Assembly: GCA_016748015.1 (NCBI GenBank)
Contig: JAAOMT010000128.1
Location: forward strand, 1,867,538 to 1,931,537
Direction of reading: 5' to 3'
Length of the DNA stretch: 64,000 nt
Source: Geosiphon pyriformis uo1
Taxonomy: Eukaryota > Fungi > Glomeromycota
Positions 25,001 through 38,975 of this stretch are shown here, one piece after another. The notes beneath the pieces were generated by a model that was given only the letters and a program-made list of their open reading frames with translations, did not search any database and was not told the origin of the DNA. Made by a program: the position numbers and the translations under genes. How positions within the stretch are numbered: the first letter of the stretch is position 1; every line of letters begins with the position of its first letter.

Positions 25001-25782
25001 TAGTGTTTACCAAAATATTTGCCACTCTTGCCTTTTCTGTAGTCTGCACTAAACTAGATTCAGAAGTGAAAAAAACATGGATGATTCCTAAAAATTTTGA
25101 GGGAGTAGAGGCCCTCCCAAAACCATTAACTTTTGAAAACAATTTTCTAATAACCATTAGCTTCTCATAAGAGGATTTCCCAACCACTTTATTCAAGTCA
25201 ATATCCAAAGCAAAAGATTTCCTAACAGAAACAGTGACCAAGTTCTTTAAGAAAGGGGGAAATTCCAAGGGAACATCTAAGAGAACATTATTATTATCAT
25301 TATTATGATCTGAGAAATCAATCTTTCCCAATGGCTTGCCCAATGCCTTCTTAGTTTTGATATCTGGCCCCTTAGATGTTTGATCATGATCCTCATCAGC
25401 AACAGTTTTACTTTCACCATAGTTAAAGGTAGTTTTCTCTATTAGACATTCTTTTTCTATATTAATGCTTTCGGATTTGGTGGTATCACCAGTTTTAAAG
25501 CCCCATAAATGTCCACCTGGCACCTTAGTCAGAACCCTTTTTCCACCAACACCCTTTTTTAAAACAACACCTTTTCTCTTTTTCCTTGATAAAACAAGCT
25601 TAAGATCTCTACCAGAACCAGATTCTTTAATAACCTTTTTCATAATAGCAATACTAAGGCCAACAGTGGCCTTGAAATCAAAAAACAGTTTAGTTTTATT
25701 ATACTGAATGTTGGAAAAAACTTTTTTTAAAAAACTTTTTACTTTTTTTAGGAATTTGGGATGAATGAGAGAAAGAAGTTTT
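19032..25782 (-). mobile_element. Full-length LINE 'C' (ORF1 RRM+CCHC; ORF2 APE-RT-RNase H-Zn finger), degenerate
   Basis: ORF1 ~23850-25643 (VIVKEIP...LSEFG..IKMQLVELWQKAVVEF). ORF2 19165-23853 has GGDFN, GAFVNN (FVDD), VYTDGS and CIQC..EDSDHVFSC. Poly(A) tail; possible 12-bp TSD AATAATTTAATA (19020-19031 and 25783-25794, low complexity). Confidence 0.93.
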
Positions 25783-26252
25783 AATAATTTAATAATTAAA
25801 ATAACTAAAATATTAATAAATTTAACTAATAAAACCAATATAGTTAATTTAAATTTTAAAAAAACCAATCTAAATTAATTATAAAATTAATAATAATAAT
25901 AATAATAATAGTAAAATTAATAAAAAACATAATAATAAAAATTAATAAAATAAAAGCCTTAATATAAATTTTAATATTAGCAAAATAAAATTCAAAAATT
26001 TTAAAATTAACAAATTTAAATAAAAACTTAAAAAAAAAAGTAAAAATATTTTGTAATCTATAATTAAATAATTTAAATTTTAATATTTAAAACAATATTA
26101 ATAATTAAAAGTTTTTTATTAAATATAATACTTTTTAAAATATTAATTTTAAAAGCAATATATTTAGAAAAAAAATCAATCAATTTAATCTTAAATATAT
26201 TATAAAAGACAATAATTTTTTTTTAATTAAAAAAAATTCTAATATTGTTTTT

Positions 26253-29200
26253 TTTTTTTTATTAAAAATTTAATGAGTAAAATCCAAATGCCAGCTAGTG
26301 TTATACATTATACAAATGATCTAAACTAGGCGCGAATCATGCCTTTGCTACACATGATCAGACACTCAGATTAGTCAGAACAATACTACACATTTATATG
26401 AACAGAAATCATGTCACCAACACCTGCATAAAACAAATAATGCTTACAATACCCAAAACTGATGCCAAGTGCATCAACAACACCCAACAACCTAATCACT
26501 CCAGCCGAAAGCCACGTAAAAAAACCAGAAACAGCAACAGGAATGAAACCATTACATGGAATCAGCTTATTCTTCTCCATAATGGCCTAGTGTTTTACAT
26601 GGACCAGCCAGATATTATCATAAAATGCAAGACAAAATTCACATACAAAATTCACAACATTAATCACTGCCACCTTAGGATCCTTGTAAACAGAAACAGA
26701 CTCGTAATACCAATTACCGAAAACAAAGCCTTTACACAGGACTGTGCTGACAGTCACATTTGAAATGCAAGTCGACAACAACTATGACATGCACAAAGAA
26801 GAACGAGACAAACCAGAACACACCTCCCAGACAGCTGCATAAATGTCCAACAAATTGACATGACTATCAGCATCAAAAGAGCAAGAAAAGACATGGTCTG
26901 AGACTTCAAACTTATCACAGAACAAACAAATCACACTGGAATAATCCCTATTATACAGACACTTTCACACAACAACAGGAAGGTGATGATAAAAGACCTT
27001 CATGAAATATGTACAAAAGCCAGCCGTCCGAATACTAATAAAACCAGTCATCATGTGGAAATCCGGGTGCCACACCAAAGAGAACCTGGACCAATCAATA
27101 TCGCCACACAAACCATCTGCCACAACTTTTGAGCTGGAACCAATCTCCCAATATGCTCGATAAACAAACTGGAAAACATCACGAACAAAATGCTTAGAAT
27201 TACTAGAAACCACAGCACCACCAGCTCTCAGAAAACATTTGCTAATCAAATGAGGCAGCCACCAAGGCAAGGAAGTGGCATCCTTAGCAAGCACATCAGT
27301 ATGCTCATTACCCAAAACACCCAAATGACCTTTCACTTTGACCCAGTTTACATCTAAATTTTTTTAATAAATAACATTAGCAATGTGGTGCTGTTTGATC
27401 CAGCACTGATTCCTGAAATCTGAACAAACTAACAAAGACTCAGATTTGCATGCATCCAAAGCTGCCTGGATGTCTGAAAACAAGTCGACTGAATGGGAAG
27501 AGAGAACACACTCAAGAGCCAGTACAATGGCTTGCAGCTCCATCAGAGTAGAAAAAACCAGACCAGACACCCTTACACCCAAACCTAAATCAATGTTCTT
27601 AAAAAAAACAGCTGTACCAGCTTTCATATCAACAGTTCCCAAACTAATCAGAGACTCATCTATATATGTAGAGAGACAAGCCATATCAGTATTCAAAAAA
27701 TCACCACAAATGACACCAAAACCATAAGATTGATGAATATCAGAGGAGACATAACCATCCACAGATGAAAAACAAACAGAAAAAAAAGCAGCATTATTGA
27801 GAAAATGAACAGAGAGATCAAACCAGAAAAGAACCAGACTATGGGGGTCTAATCTCTTTCAACACTTAAAAGTCTGCCAACTGAAAAGAATACCACTTTT
27901 ATCACAGAGTTGGTCTACAAAGACGATTTCATAGCACTGGAGTGAAAAAACACACTTGACAAAATTAGGCTTACTAAGAACAAGAGACATAGGAGTGCCA
28001 CTCCAAAGATGAAAAGCACAGACCAGAAAGCCATCCAAAGACAAATCACAACCAGAAAAAATATGAATCACACTCACCAGAAAATTATTCAAAGGAGTGA
28101 CACTAATACAAACCGGAAACAGCAAAGAGTGATAAGGATGCCAACTGAGGGCCTGGAGATCAAAGGACCTATAAGAGAACAAACAACCCAAAACACCAAC
28201 TGAATTCACAAAAGCCACAACAGATGCTGATTTGCTCTTAGCCTGAATCTGCTCAAAAGTTTTCAAACCATATAAAGAGGGGTAATGGAGCATGTCATTG
28301 GAAAAATCAATTGGCAGGCCAGCCTTAGATTTCAAACCCTTGTGAATTATAGCGTCTCACTTATTACACACACTAACAAGAATAAAACTGAACTGAATTC
28401 TATAATTGACAATAGAAAAAAGAACTGCAGACACCAAATACATGAATTGTTTATCCAATACAGTCTTCTTAAGAACAAGATTGACAAAAAAATGAATGTC
28501 TAAATAAGCCTTTGCCAGACTGGGCTTTGAAAAACCCTTAGAAGATAGAAATATACCTAGATAACAATGAGACTTTCCTTTTTTGGCAATGGAAATAGGT
28601 AACTCACTAACAGTCAGATAGGGGCTCACTACTCGACAGTTGATAGGAATGGCTACAGTCTTGTCATTATTAATTGAAATGTCATTAAACCTGAAAAAAT
28701 CACTAGCAACATTGAAAATATGTTGTGTAACAGTCTGGCTGCTACCAACCCAAATTGTATCATTGACAAAAACACCAGCAGCCAAAAACAAAGTCAGCCC
28801 AGCCTGAAATTCAGCCAAGCCGGTTTTGGAGATAAAATAAGAATTCAACCTGTAGCCACACACACTTTTCTACCTTTTGACCTCACATAAGAGTGAATCA
28901 TAAAATATGTGTCAAAGAAGTGGTGAAAAAACCTCTCCTTGATCCAAACCATCATGAACATGGTAACTATCAGATAAGCCAAAATCCGTTATAATCCTGT
29001 TATAGCAACCATTGTAAATGCTACCAAAAAACCTTATGAACTTATCACACATCTTGATTCTAATTAGGCTCCTTTTGAGATGTTTCCAACCAACAGAATC
29101 ATACATCTTATGCATATCTTGCAAAACCAGCCACAGTTCTCAGTTTTTCCCTAATGTATCCTTAACAACAGAACCAATGGCAAAAATAAGTGACTGCATA

Positions 29201-32200
29201 GTCGTACCCTTTAAGACAGAAAAATTGTCCCCATGTAAAACATCAAATGTACTGCATGCTAAAGAGATTTGGTCTGAAAAAATCTTGGAGAGTATCTTGT
29301 GGGCCGTTTTGATCAATGCAATAGAACGTGTATTCATGAGAACACCTTCCCATTTATATGGTTTAAGAATCATTAAAACCCAAGCCTCCTTCCAAAGCCC
29401 AGATACTGATTCACAATCCAAGTATGAATTCAAGAGCACCACAAGCATATCTAAAACTGAATTGTCACAGTGCCTTCACAACTCATTACTGATACCAGAA
29501 AAACTGGCCATCTTTCCATTGGGCAAATCTAAAATAACACCAAACATCTTAGCAAAGCCAATTAAGCACATCACACCAGAAAAGACACCATCAAAAACAT
29601 AGTCCAGAGGCTGAAACTAGTGCACTCAATTATCAGAAATATTAGGCACCACCACACACTTCTAAGTCCAACCTTCCATAATATCATCTACTTTGGATTT
29701 AACCAAATCATTACCTGTAACCAAATGATTCAACACTACTTTATGAAAAGACCATTCCAAAACAATTCTGATGGTATGGCCTTTGTCAAATTCAAAACTC
29801 TCCATTCTCCTCTCAATAGCTTGCTTAATTTGAGACTCTTCAGCACACTTGGATTCCAACAATTTTGCAGAATGATAAGATTTCCTTGCCTTAACCAGCA
29901 TCATATGGATAGAATCAAAATCAGAATCTGACAGAAAGAGAAAACTTGTTATAAAAGCACCTTTAGAATCAAGTCCAACCCAAGTATTCAAGAGCAAAGC
30001 AAAGACATCACCAGAAACCAAACAGGAAGCTTTTACCAACTTAGACACTAACAACTCAAGTTTATGAAATCTAAAAGACTTTTTAGTGAAATTGTCATCA
30101 AACCCTCTAAACCACCTTTTCTTAAGAACCTTATTGGCTGAGAAAATCACAACCTTGTGAATAACATCCCACATAGCATCCAAATCTGAGAGCCTATTAG
30201 CTGCAACAAATGCTTTCGAAAACATAGTGGCATTGGCAGCTGAGGCACCTTTAAACTCACTCCATTTGGTCTTATTGATATTGTTGACATCAAACTTTCA
30301 ATGATCTTTGTTTGCCTGCCTGTGCAGTGACAAGAACCTCACATCCAACAAACCATTCAGGCTTATGTCCACAGAAACAGCCTTGTGGTTAGTGTCAAAG
30401 TGTTCACTAACTTTAACTATACAGTGATCCAACATCACATTAGCCAAATTTGAAGAAACAAACACATAATCAATTGTCTTTACAACACCCTGAAAATTGT
30501 TTCATGTTGGTTGCTTAGCCAAAGGGCCCACACCCAAAGAATTGATTAACCCTAAATCATGGCATTTCTTGAAACTAGCACACTTATGTGAACCATCCTC
30601 ATTAAAATTACCACCAAAGATAACAAAAGAAGATTCATTCACAGCTTTCACAATCAGAGAATTGATTTCAGCTGCCTGGAAAAACCAAACAGTCAGGGAG
30701 GCACTAGCATAGAGCCCCAAAATTGAAACCGAAAGTTTATTCTTGAAAGTAACCTGATGCAAAGAAGACAATCCAAAACCTCAGAAACTTTACACACATG
30801 TTTGGCCAAAGAGTTATTCATAACAATTGCTACACCAGCACTCACATAACCAGAGTTCAAACCAGAAAAGAAAACATGAACACCATCAAATTTGGTAGCC
30901 AACCATAAACAAGTCTTATCCTTTAACTTAGTCTCTGTGAAAATCAAAACCAAATTGTTCATATCTCTATGCCATCGAATAATGTTGTCCTGTTTAGCAA
31001 GAATATTCATATCTTTAATGTTACAAGTAGCAATTTTTCAAATAAAACCACTCATTGGGAAGAAGGTTGTGGGAGCATACCACCAGCCAAAACCAAACTG
31101 TCAAAATGAGCAGACAAACTCAGCACTGAAGCAGCAAGGCCTTCCAGCATATTCTCTAACTTGGCAACATGAGGGAATGTAGATGAGTCCTCCACCATAG
31201 TAGTATTCACAATGTCATCACTTGTGACTTTACCTGAACCCACTCCCATTACTATATCCTCCTCTTGATTCTGTGATGGGGGGGGGGGGTCACTGGCAGC
31301 TGACATCCAAAACTAAGCTGGAGAACTGTCAGCACAAGTGAATCCAACCTCTTAGCTGACTTACCAATTTGTCCCGCGAGACTGATGAGACTGCTTTCAA
31401 TATTTACCAAATGCTTTTTCAAATCATTCGCAACAGGAGGGAGAGGTTTACCAACTTTGTTGGAACCAAGAATCAAACCAGCACCATAAGAACTATGTAC
31501 CAAAGGAGCACCAATTACTGATGCCCAAGTTCTGCCACCAAAAGAGACTAGACGAGTAACAGGTGCCTGTTTCTTTTTATAAATGCTGGCCAAATGAACA
31601 TGATCCAGATTGGTTATCACCCTTTTCTCATGGCTACCAGAATTTCTACCTACTGAACACTCTTCACTAATATGACCATACTGTTTGCATACAGCACAGT
31701 GAGCCAGAGAAAGACCAGCCCAGTGCAAACTCACTCTCTTAAAAACCGGAACTGAACCAAAAGCAGCCAATTTGGAAGTCTCATTCTCAAAACAAATAAT
31801 AGCACATCTATTACATGCATACGAGCTAGGATTATGGCCAATAAAACATGTTTTTTCACCATAAGACTCCAACAAGTCCACTAATTCATGAGCAGTTATA
31901 CCAATCAGAAGAGTATAGAGCAAGGCCTGATGATAGTCCCTTGACACCCATGTCTGTTTGTCATCAACAGCCAAAGCAACTCGCACAGAATCTTTTCCCA
32001 CAAGAACAGACCATTTAGAAGCAACCAAACAAACAACCTTAGTTGACTCAAATTCAATAACAGTCTTTTGCCACAAACCAATCAATTGTATCTTGATTGA
32101 ATTAATCACACCAAACTTAAAAAACACCACCTCAATTGCTGATTTTGGGAGATCAACAGGAATTTTCTTGATGATCACTTCCCAATCCGAACAAATGTTT

Positions 32201-33124
32201 ACTTTCTTGAGATCACTGTTGACAATAATATTTTCACTGACTGCCATTAATTTGGCCTTATTCAAACTAGATTCACTTGTAAATGTTGATCTTATGATCC
32301 CAGAAAATTTTGAAGGAGTCAAAACCCCCCCAAAGCCATTAATACGATAAAATTTTTTTTAATAGAAATCAACTTATCACTATTAGTCTTTTCAGACACT
32401 TTTAACAACTCTATATTCAAGGCAAACAATTTAACTGGTCCAAAGGCGCGACATACCAAAACATGTGAAATCGCAGGTGGCAGCTAATTGGATCCAGTAA
32501 ATTTAGCTCCAGGAAACACCACCTCAGAATCATCGTTACTTATGCTTGCGAAGGAAATCGCTTTGGGCAGCTGTTCCAAAACAAAAGTCTTTGTATACGT
32601 TTTCCTAAGAGTTGCATCGTCTTCCATTTCATTAGTCTCAGAAGTGTTGGGATCCACATAACTTATCTCCTCAGCAACCGTGTTTTCCAAATCTTTGACA
32701 TTTGACACTTCACTAACACCCATCTCTTCACTATCCACCTCACTACTCCAAGATCTCTGCAGTTTAATACTGTCACTATGCAGCATACCCACTGAGAGTG
32801 GGCCAGCTGACAAGTCCACAACACCACTAGAGACATTAGGTAACTTCATTTTCTTGTATGAAGGACCATGTAAGTATACACTCTCAACACATGCTTTAAT
32901 CTTTTTGCTGCCAGACCAGAACCCCAATCCAGCTAAACTTGAATCCAAAGCGCCAGCAAAAGAGCCCACTAGATCTATAGGCACAAATAGAGGTACATTT
33001 GAAGAAATAATGAAAAGGACAAAGAGAAAAAAGGGTAGAAAAGACTATCTCTTCGACAACTCCAAGCTTTCATTGTAGTCAGAGGATTAACAAAAGAAAG
33101 GGTTTTAAGAATTTAACAATTTTT
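26253..33124 (-). mobile_element. Full-length LINE 'D' (second subfamily, different 5' end), degenerate
   Basis: 16-bp TSD TTCTAATATTGTTTTT (26237-26252 and 33125-33140). ORF1 ~31052-33010 has CAVCKQYGHISEEC. ORF2 26386-31055 has TETK, QDMHKMYDSVGW, GLDQGEVFSPLL, FVND and KGHLGVLGNEHTD. Confidence 0.95.
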
Positions 33125-33179
33125 TTCTAATATTGTTTTTATTATTAAAACCAATTAATAATTATTTTTTAAGTATTAT

Positions 33180-34240
33180 TAAAAACAATATTATTAAAAA
33201 ACAGAAAAAAAAGTAATTTAAATTTTATTTAATTAATTTAATTTTTAAAATTAAATAACTTAATAGATTAAATAATTAAAAACATATAGTTTTAGAATAC
33301 AAAATATTTTGTTTATAATGTTTTTCATATAATTTATTATGTTTATTAAAAGATTAAATTTAATATTGAAGTTTTGAATAATAATTTATTTAAAAATATA
33401 AATTAAATTTGGACATTATTAGTATAGCATCTTAATTTTCACATAATAATTGAATTTTTAAGCAAAACAACAATTAAAGTATATTTTTATTTTATAAAAA
33501 CATTATATTTTAAATTACTAGTGGCTATTTACAAATATCTGTATAATAAATATTATTAGAATATTTTGTGTTTATATTATAAAAAATTGAAGTATCAGAT
33601 CATATTTTTTCTTGTAGAATAGATTTTAAAACTTGTAAAAAGCTGTTAAAGAATTATATAATTATTTAAAAAATGTTATTTAATTTATACAAATCTTTAT
33701 TATATGTATTCCAACTTTTGTTTTTGTGTTTATTTAATATTATTATGTTTTTTATTTGTGTAAAAAGTTTGTTTTTAAAGATTAGTTCTATAAAACTTTC
33801 TTAGTTTTTAAGAATACTAAAATTATTAATGATAAAATTGTAAATTTTGTATATAATTTTAAGTTGATTTATAAGTATAATATTTGGTTTGTTTATTTTA
33901 AGTATTAGATTTTTATAGAAAAAAGTGGTCTGATTCTATATAATAGTATTATTTTTTTGGTTGTTGCCAGTTTTTTATTTATGCTTTTTAATAATATAAT
34001 TAAACTGCTTAAAATTGTTAAAACTTTTGATATTAGCTTTGGTTTATGTAAATTATATTTATTTTTTTTAAGTATTAAAAATGTAATTTTTATATATATA
34101 AAAACATAATATTGTTCTAATTAGTTTAAATAACTGGTTATATATAAAAATACATGATTTATATCTAGTTTAGATTACTTAGTTTGATATATTATATTAA
34201 AAAGTATTTGGACTTTATTTATTAAACATAATAAAAAAAC
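33180..34240 (+). mobile_element. Heavily eroded LINE 3' fragment
   Basis: ~33410-33620 reads as a decayed ORF2 C-terminus (KLLVAIYKYLYNKY...ILCLYYKKIEVSDHIFSC). The 3' UTR homolog is at ~34105-34230, followed by an A tail. Confidence 0.75.
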
Positions 34241-34425
34241 ATATATAAAAGCATAATTTAATTTGCTTTTAAAATTAGCAAAAATTGGTTAAAAACCAAC
34301 ATATTAAATAATACAACCAAAAATAAATTAAAATTAAAATTAATTAATTTGTTTTTATTGTTATTATTTAAAACAAAAAGTTTTTTTTATTTATAATTAT
34401 AGTTTATTTAATAACTAAAATATGA

Positions 34426-37400
34426 AAAAACTTTTTTCTCTCTTTCATCCCAAATTCCCAAAAAAGAGTCAAAGTTTTTTGAAAGAAGTTTTTTACAATT
34501 CAGTACAACAAATCCAAACTCTTTATTCTTGACTACAAAGCCACTGTTGGTTGCAGTATTGCTATTATGAAGAAAGCTATTAAAGTTTCTGGTTCTAATA
34601 ATGGTTTCAAACCTGTTCTTCCAAGGAAAAAGAAAAGAGGCAGTGTATTAGAAGATGGTTCTGGTGGTAAGAGTATTGGTTCTAAGATTCAAAATAGCCG
34701 CTCATAAGATTCAGAAACTGGTGACACTACTGAGTCTGATAGTATTAATATGGAGGAGAAATGTTTGGTGGAAAAGACCAGTTTTGATTATGGTAAAGGT
34801 GGTGCTCTTGCTAAAGGAGATCTTGATCAGACATCTACTGGTTCAAAGATCAAAACCAAAAAAGCATTAGGCAAGCCATTGGGTAAGATAAATTTTTCAT
34901 CTAGTGATGTTGATGATGATGTTCTCTTGGATGCTCTATTGGAACTCCCCCCACCTCTTAAAAATCTGGTCAATATTTCTGTTCACAAATCTTTTGCTTT
35001 GGATATTGGATTGGATAAGGTGGTTGGGAAATCTTCTCAAGAAAAATTACAAGTGGTCAGGAAGTTATTTTCAAAAATCAATGATTTTAAGGGGGCCTCT
35101 ACTCCCTCAAAATTTGCTGAAATCATCAAAGCATCATTCACTTTTGAATCAAGTTTGGCGCAGGCTTCCAAAAAAGCTGAAAAAGCAAAAATTCTGGTAA
35201 ATACCAATCTCCAGAAGTCTTCTGGGCTCTCAGATCAGACTGTGGTGATAAAAAAATTCCTGTTGGTACTTTGGCTGAGGCTGTGCACACTGCGTTATCT
35301 GAGTTTGGAATAATTAAGTCGATCAAAATGCAATTAGTGGGGCTGTGGCAGAAAGCAGTGGTAGAATTTGAGCAGGTTGATAATACTAATTTGGTCACAG
35401 CAAAATGATCTATCTTGATTGGGAAAAATGCAGTATGTATTGCTAGATCTAATATGAACAAAGAAACCTGGGATGAGAGAGATGCTCACAGGGCTTTTTT
35501 GTACACTCTACCAGTAGAAACCAATATGTATGATATTTGGGATTATGTTAACTTAGTGGGTAAAAAAACATGCATAATCGATCATCACCCTGTTACATAT
35601 GCCCAGGCCAAATGTGCCATTGTTTGTTTTGAATCAACTGAATTCTTGAATACTATCATGGGCACTACCCTAGTTCTGAGAGGCATAAACCTGCATTGGT
35701 CTTGATTGAGTTTGTCTAAATGTACTGAGTGTGAGAAAACAGGTTATACGTCATTGAGTTTTTCTGTGAGTGAGAATTTTTCTCTTGGTAAATCTCCTTA
35801 TAGAATGCTTTCAAATGTGGATAAAAGCAGGCTGGCTGTTATTTATTCCAAGCATTCAGCTTCCATTGCTTGTTCTGTTACTTTTGGTGGGATTTCTTGA
35901 GCAAAGATTGCTAGTAGATCTTTATTTCCTCTCCTTCCTGTGAAGAATGATTTAATCAATCCTGGCTTCTCTTTGAAGATAAAGCCTACCCTTCCTGTTG
36001 CTTTTGATGTTAAAAAGAGGTTTGCTGTTTTGGAAAGCAGTTTTACTAGCCTCACAGGACAGATTAGTAAGTTGGCTAAAAGATTAGACTTGCTCATTCC
36101 GGCAGTTTTCCAGTCTAGTTCTGGATGTTAGCTGCTGGTGACTTCCCTATCACAGAATCAAGTGGGCGATATAGTGATGAGAGAGGACTTGAGTGTGGTC
36201 ACTAGTGGTAAGACTACTGCACTTCTGGAATTATTCTCTTCTCCTGATATGGTCAAGTTTAAAAATATGTTGGAAGGTCTTTCCACTTCCGTTTTGAGTT
36301 TGTCAGCCCATCTTGATAGTTTGGTCCTAGTTGGTAGTATGCACCTTTGATCTCCTTCTCAATGAGTAAATTAGTCTGAAAAATTGCAACGTGTAATATT
36401 AGGGGCATGAATAATTCTGCAAAACAGGAGAACATTGTGCATTGGCATGTGGAATCTGGAAATATGGTCTTAATTGTTACTGAAATGAAGTTGAAATCTG
36501 GTTGTAAACTATGGATTATAAACAAGTTTGATGGTGTTAGAATTTTTTCATTTGGTGTGGACAAAAGGTTTCTTGGAGCTGGGGTGGCCATTATCATGAA
36601 CAATTCTCTGGCTCATCATGTTTCTAAAATTGATGAGATCCCTGGTCGGGTTATTTCAGTATGTTTTCTCTTCAAAGGCAAACTCTTAGTTATGGTTCTG
36701 GGTTTGTATGCTGGTGCATTCTTTGGTATTAGGTTTGATCAGGCTATAGAAGTTAACTCTTTTATCACAAAGGCTCTGAACTCCAGTACTTTTGTGGTCT
36801 TAAATGATGATTTCAATAAGGATAATTCTAAGAGAAGTACAAGTTTTAGGTTTTGTTTGGATCTGGGTTTGGCCAACTTATTTGGTACATACTCATTGGT
36901 CAAAGCTCTTATGTAGAGCAATTTAAGAGGTGCCAAAAAAACAATTGATTATATTTTTGTTAGTGATAGTTTGTCTTTGGCAGTTGCTGGTCAGATTGTG
37001 GCTTCTGTTTCTGATTATTTTAACACTGACCACAAGGCTGTTATGGTGTCAGTTGGTCTGGGTGGGCTTTTGAATGTTCATCTGAATGGTTTGCACAAGC
37101 AAGCTAATAAAAATCAATGGAAGTTCAAGATTGCAGATGTGAACAGTCCCAAATGGGCTTATTTTAAAGAGTATTCTTTGGTTGAGTTTTTTTCTGTGGT
37201 TAATGAGTTTTTGGTTGCCAGCAATGGTGGGGATTTTGATTTTATGTGGTCTTGTTTGGTGAAAGTACTGGTCAATTCAGCTGATAAAGTGTTCTCTAGA
37301 CATTGGTTTCGTGAGATCAAATGTTCTTCTAACAAACAATCTTCAAAATTTTTTAGACTGGAACTCTTGGTTGCTAAATTGGTGAAGTCTCTTCAATCTG

Positions 37401-37839
37401 GTAATGCTTTTAGAACTGGTTCTCTTCTCAATGCTTGGCTGATTGCTAATGAATATAAGGCTCTTGAGATTCAAGACATGTTGAATAATAGTGCCAGCAG
37501 TGAGGATGTTTTTGTTTGTCTGTCTGGGCTTAAGAAAAGTTACTACTGCTCCAAAATGCATAAGGCTAAAGCTGCTGAAGCTGCTGTAATTAGACATGCC
37601 ATTGATAAGAGAATGGAAAATTTTTACACAAACAAAGATTGTATGATCAGAAGTATTTTAGATAGGCCATTTCACAAGGTGGTTTTCGACCATTTAGTGA
37701 TGGATAATGAACTTGTTTTGGATTCTGGTAAAGTTAAATCCAAAGTTGATGTAATAATGGAAGGGTAGACCAGAAAGCAGTTAGCATCTACATCTTTTTC
37801 CACTCCTTGGGCTCATCAGTATGCTTTTTTACAATATGT
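34426..37839 (+). mobile_element. Full-length LINE 'E', 5' part (ORF1 34567-36365; ORF2 endonuclease from 36362), interrupted by Gypsy-3
   Basis: 5' end matches LINE C (TTCATCCCAAATTCC...). APE motifs: KIATCNIRGMNNSAKQ, IDYIFV, TDHKAV. Confidence 0.93.
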
Positions 37840-38955
37840 TGTTATGGGTAAACTTGGTGGGTATGGGAAATGGTAATGTTTGGTGCTCTCAATTATTGAT
37901 GATGCGTCTTCCATGTAATTCTGTTGGCTTAGTCTTGATTATCAGTCTCTGAAGATCTATTCCTGGATGTGAATTTTACCCATTGAGTTTTTTGGTTATA
38001 AGGCACAGAGTTTGTCTTTTGTCAATTACAATGTTTTTTGTAAATGTGAGCTTTCTTCTCCAAGCTAACAAGTGCAGTCATTAAGGTCTGGTGTTGTCTT
38101 TTCGCCCTTCTGGTAAGCTAACAAGATAATGTTAATATCCAAAACTTAGGGGAAGCTTCCCTTTTTTACCAGGCTATTACAAAGTCTATTCTCAGACAGT
38201 CGATTTTACTATATTGCCACTCCACAAAAAATTAAGACAGAAAAAGAAAAAAAAAAAAAAAGAAAAAAAAAAAAGAGAGAAAAGATAAATTAGTATCGTC
38301 AATCACCATGATCAAGAGTGATTGGTCCAAATCGTTAATAGGTTCGAGGTGGTTATGCTAAGAGCATTTGTTCTAAAACAGAGGTACGAAACAAGGATTA
38401 ATTCATGTAAATTTCACAAAGTTCGAAAACATGAATTCGCGATTCTGATTTCTTTTAATAATTGATTTATTTTAGGAGATGAAATAGGGAAGATAATAAA
38501 AGATGAAAGAGGGAAGATAATAAAAAATGAAAGAGTATGGATATTTTAATTTCTGGTCTAGAGGTTTTGTATCTATTTTTTTTTCTCTGCCTTTTCTCAC
38601 TTCTACAACTACTTGCTTTTATACATTCTTTTGGTTTTACAGGATTGCTTTCAATTGTCTCGCTATTGCTAGCTATTGCTTTGTTGTTTCTGTTATTGCT
38701 TTGTTTTTTTACGTTATTGCTAGTTATCCTATGTTATAATACCTTATTTGACGTTATTATATATTATTCTGTGTTATCCTGCATTATAACACATTATCCT
38801 ATGTTATTGCACGCTATTTTGTGTTATTCTGCATTATAACACGTTATCCAATGTTATAACGCGTTATCCAACATTATTGCACATTATTCTGTGTTATGTC
38901 ATGTTTTTGGTCACGTTTTTTTATAACTTTGGATCGGTTTTTCTACTCGGTAACA
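37840..38955 (-). repeat. Gypsy-3 3' LTR (1116 bp)
   Basis: TGTTAT...GTAACA; direct repeat of 47000-48092. Contains a degenerate GTTATCC/ATTATAAC minisatellite at ~38710-38900. Confidence 0.95.
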
Positions 38956-38975
38956 TTATCCCTCTCTTTTTAAAA

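Noticed and set aside
34405-34430. TSD for LINE E (AATAACTAAAATATGAA vs AATAATTATAATAGAA at ~51423)
   Set aside because: Low complexity with several mismatches; cannot be supported.
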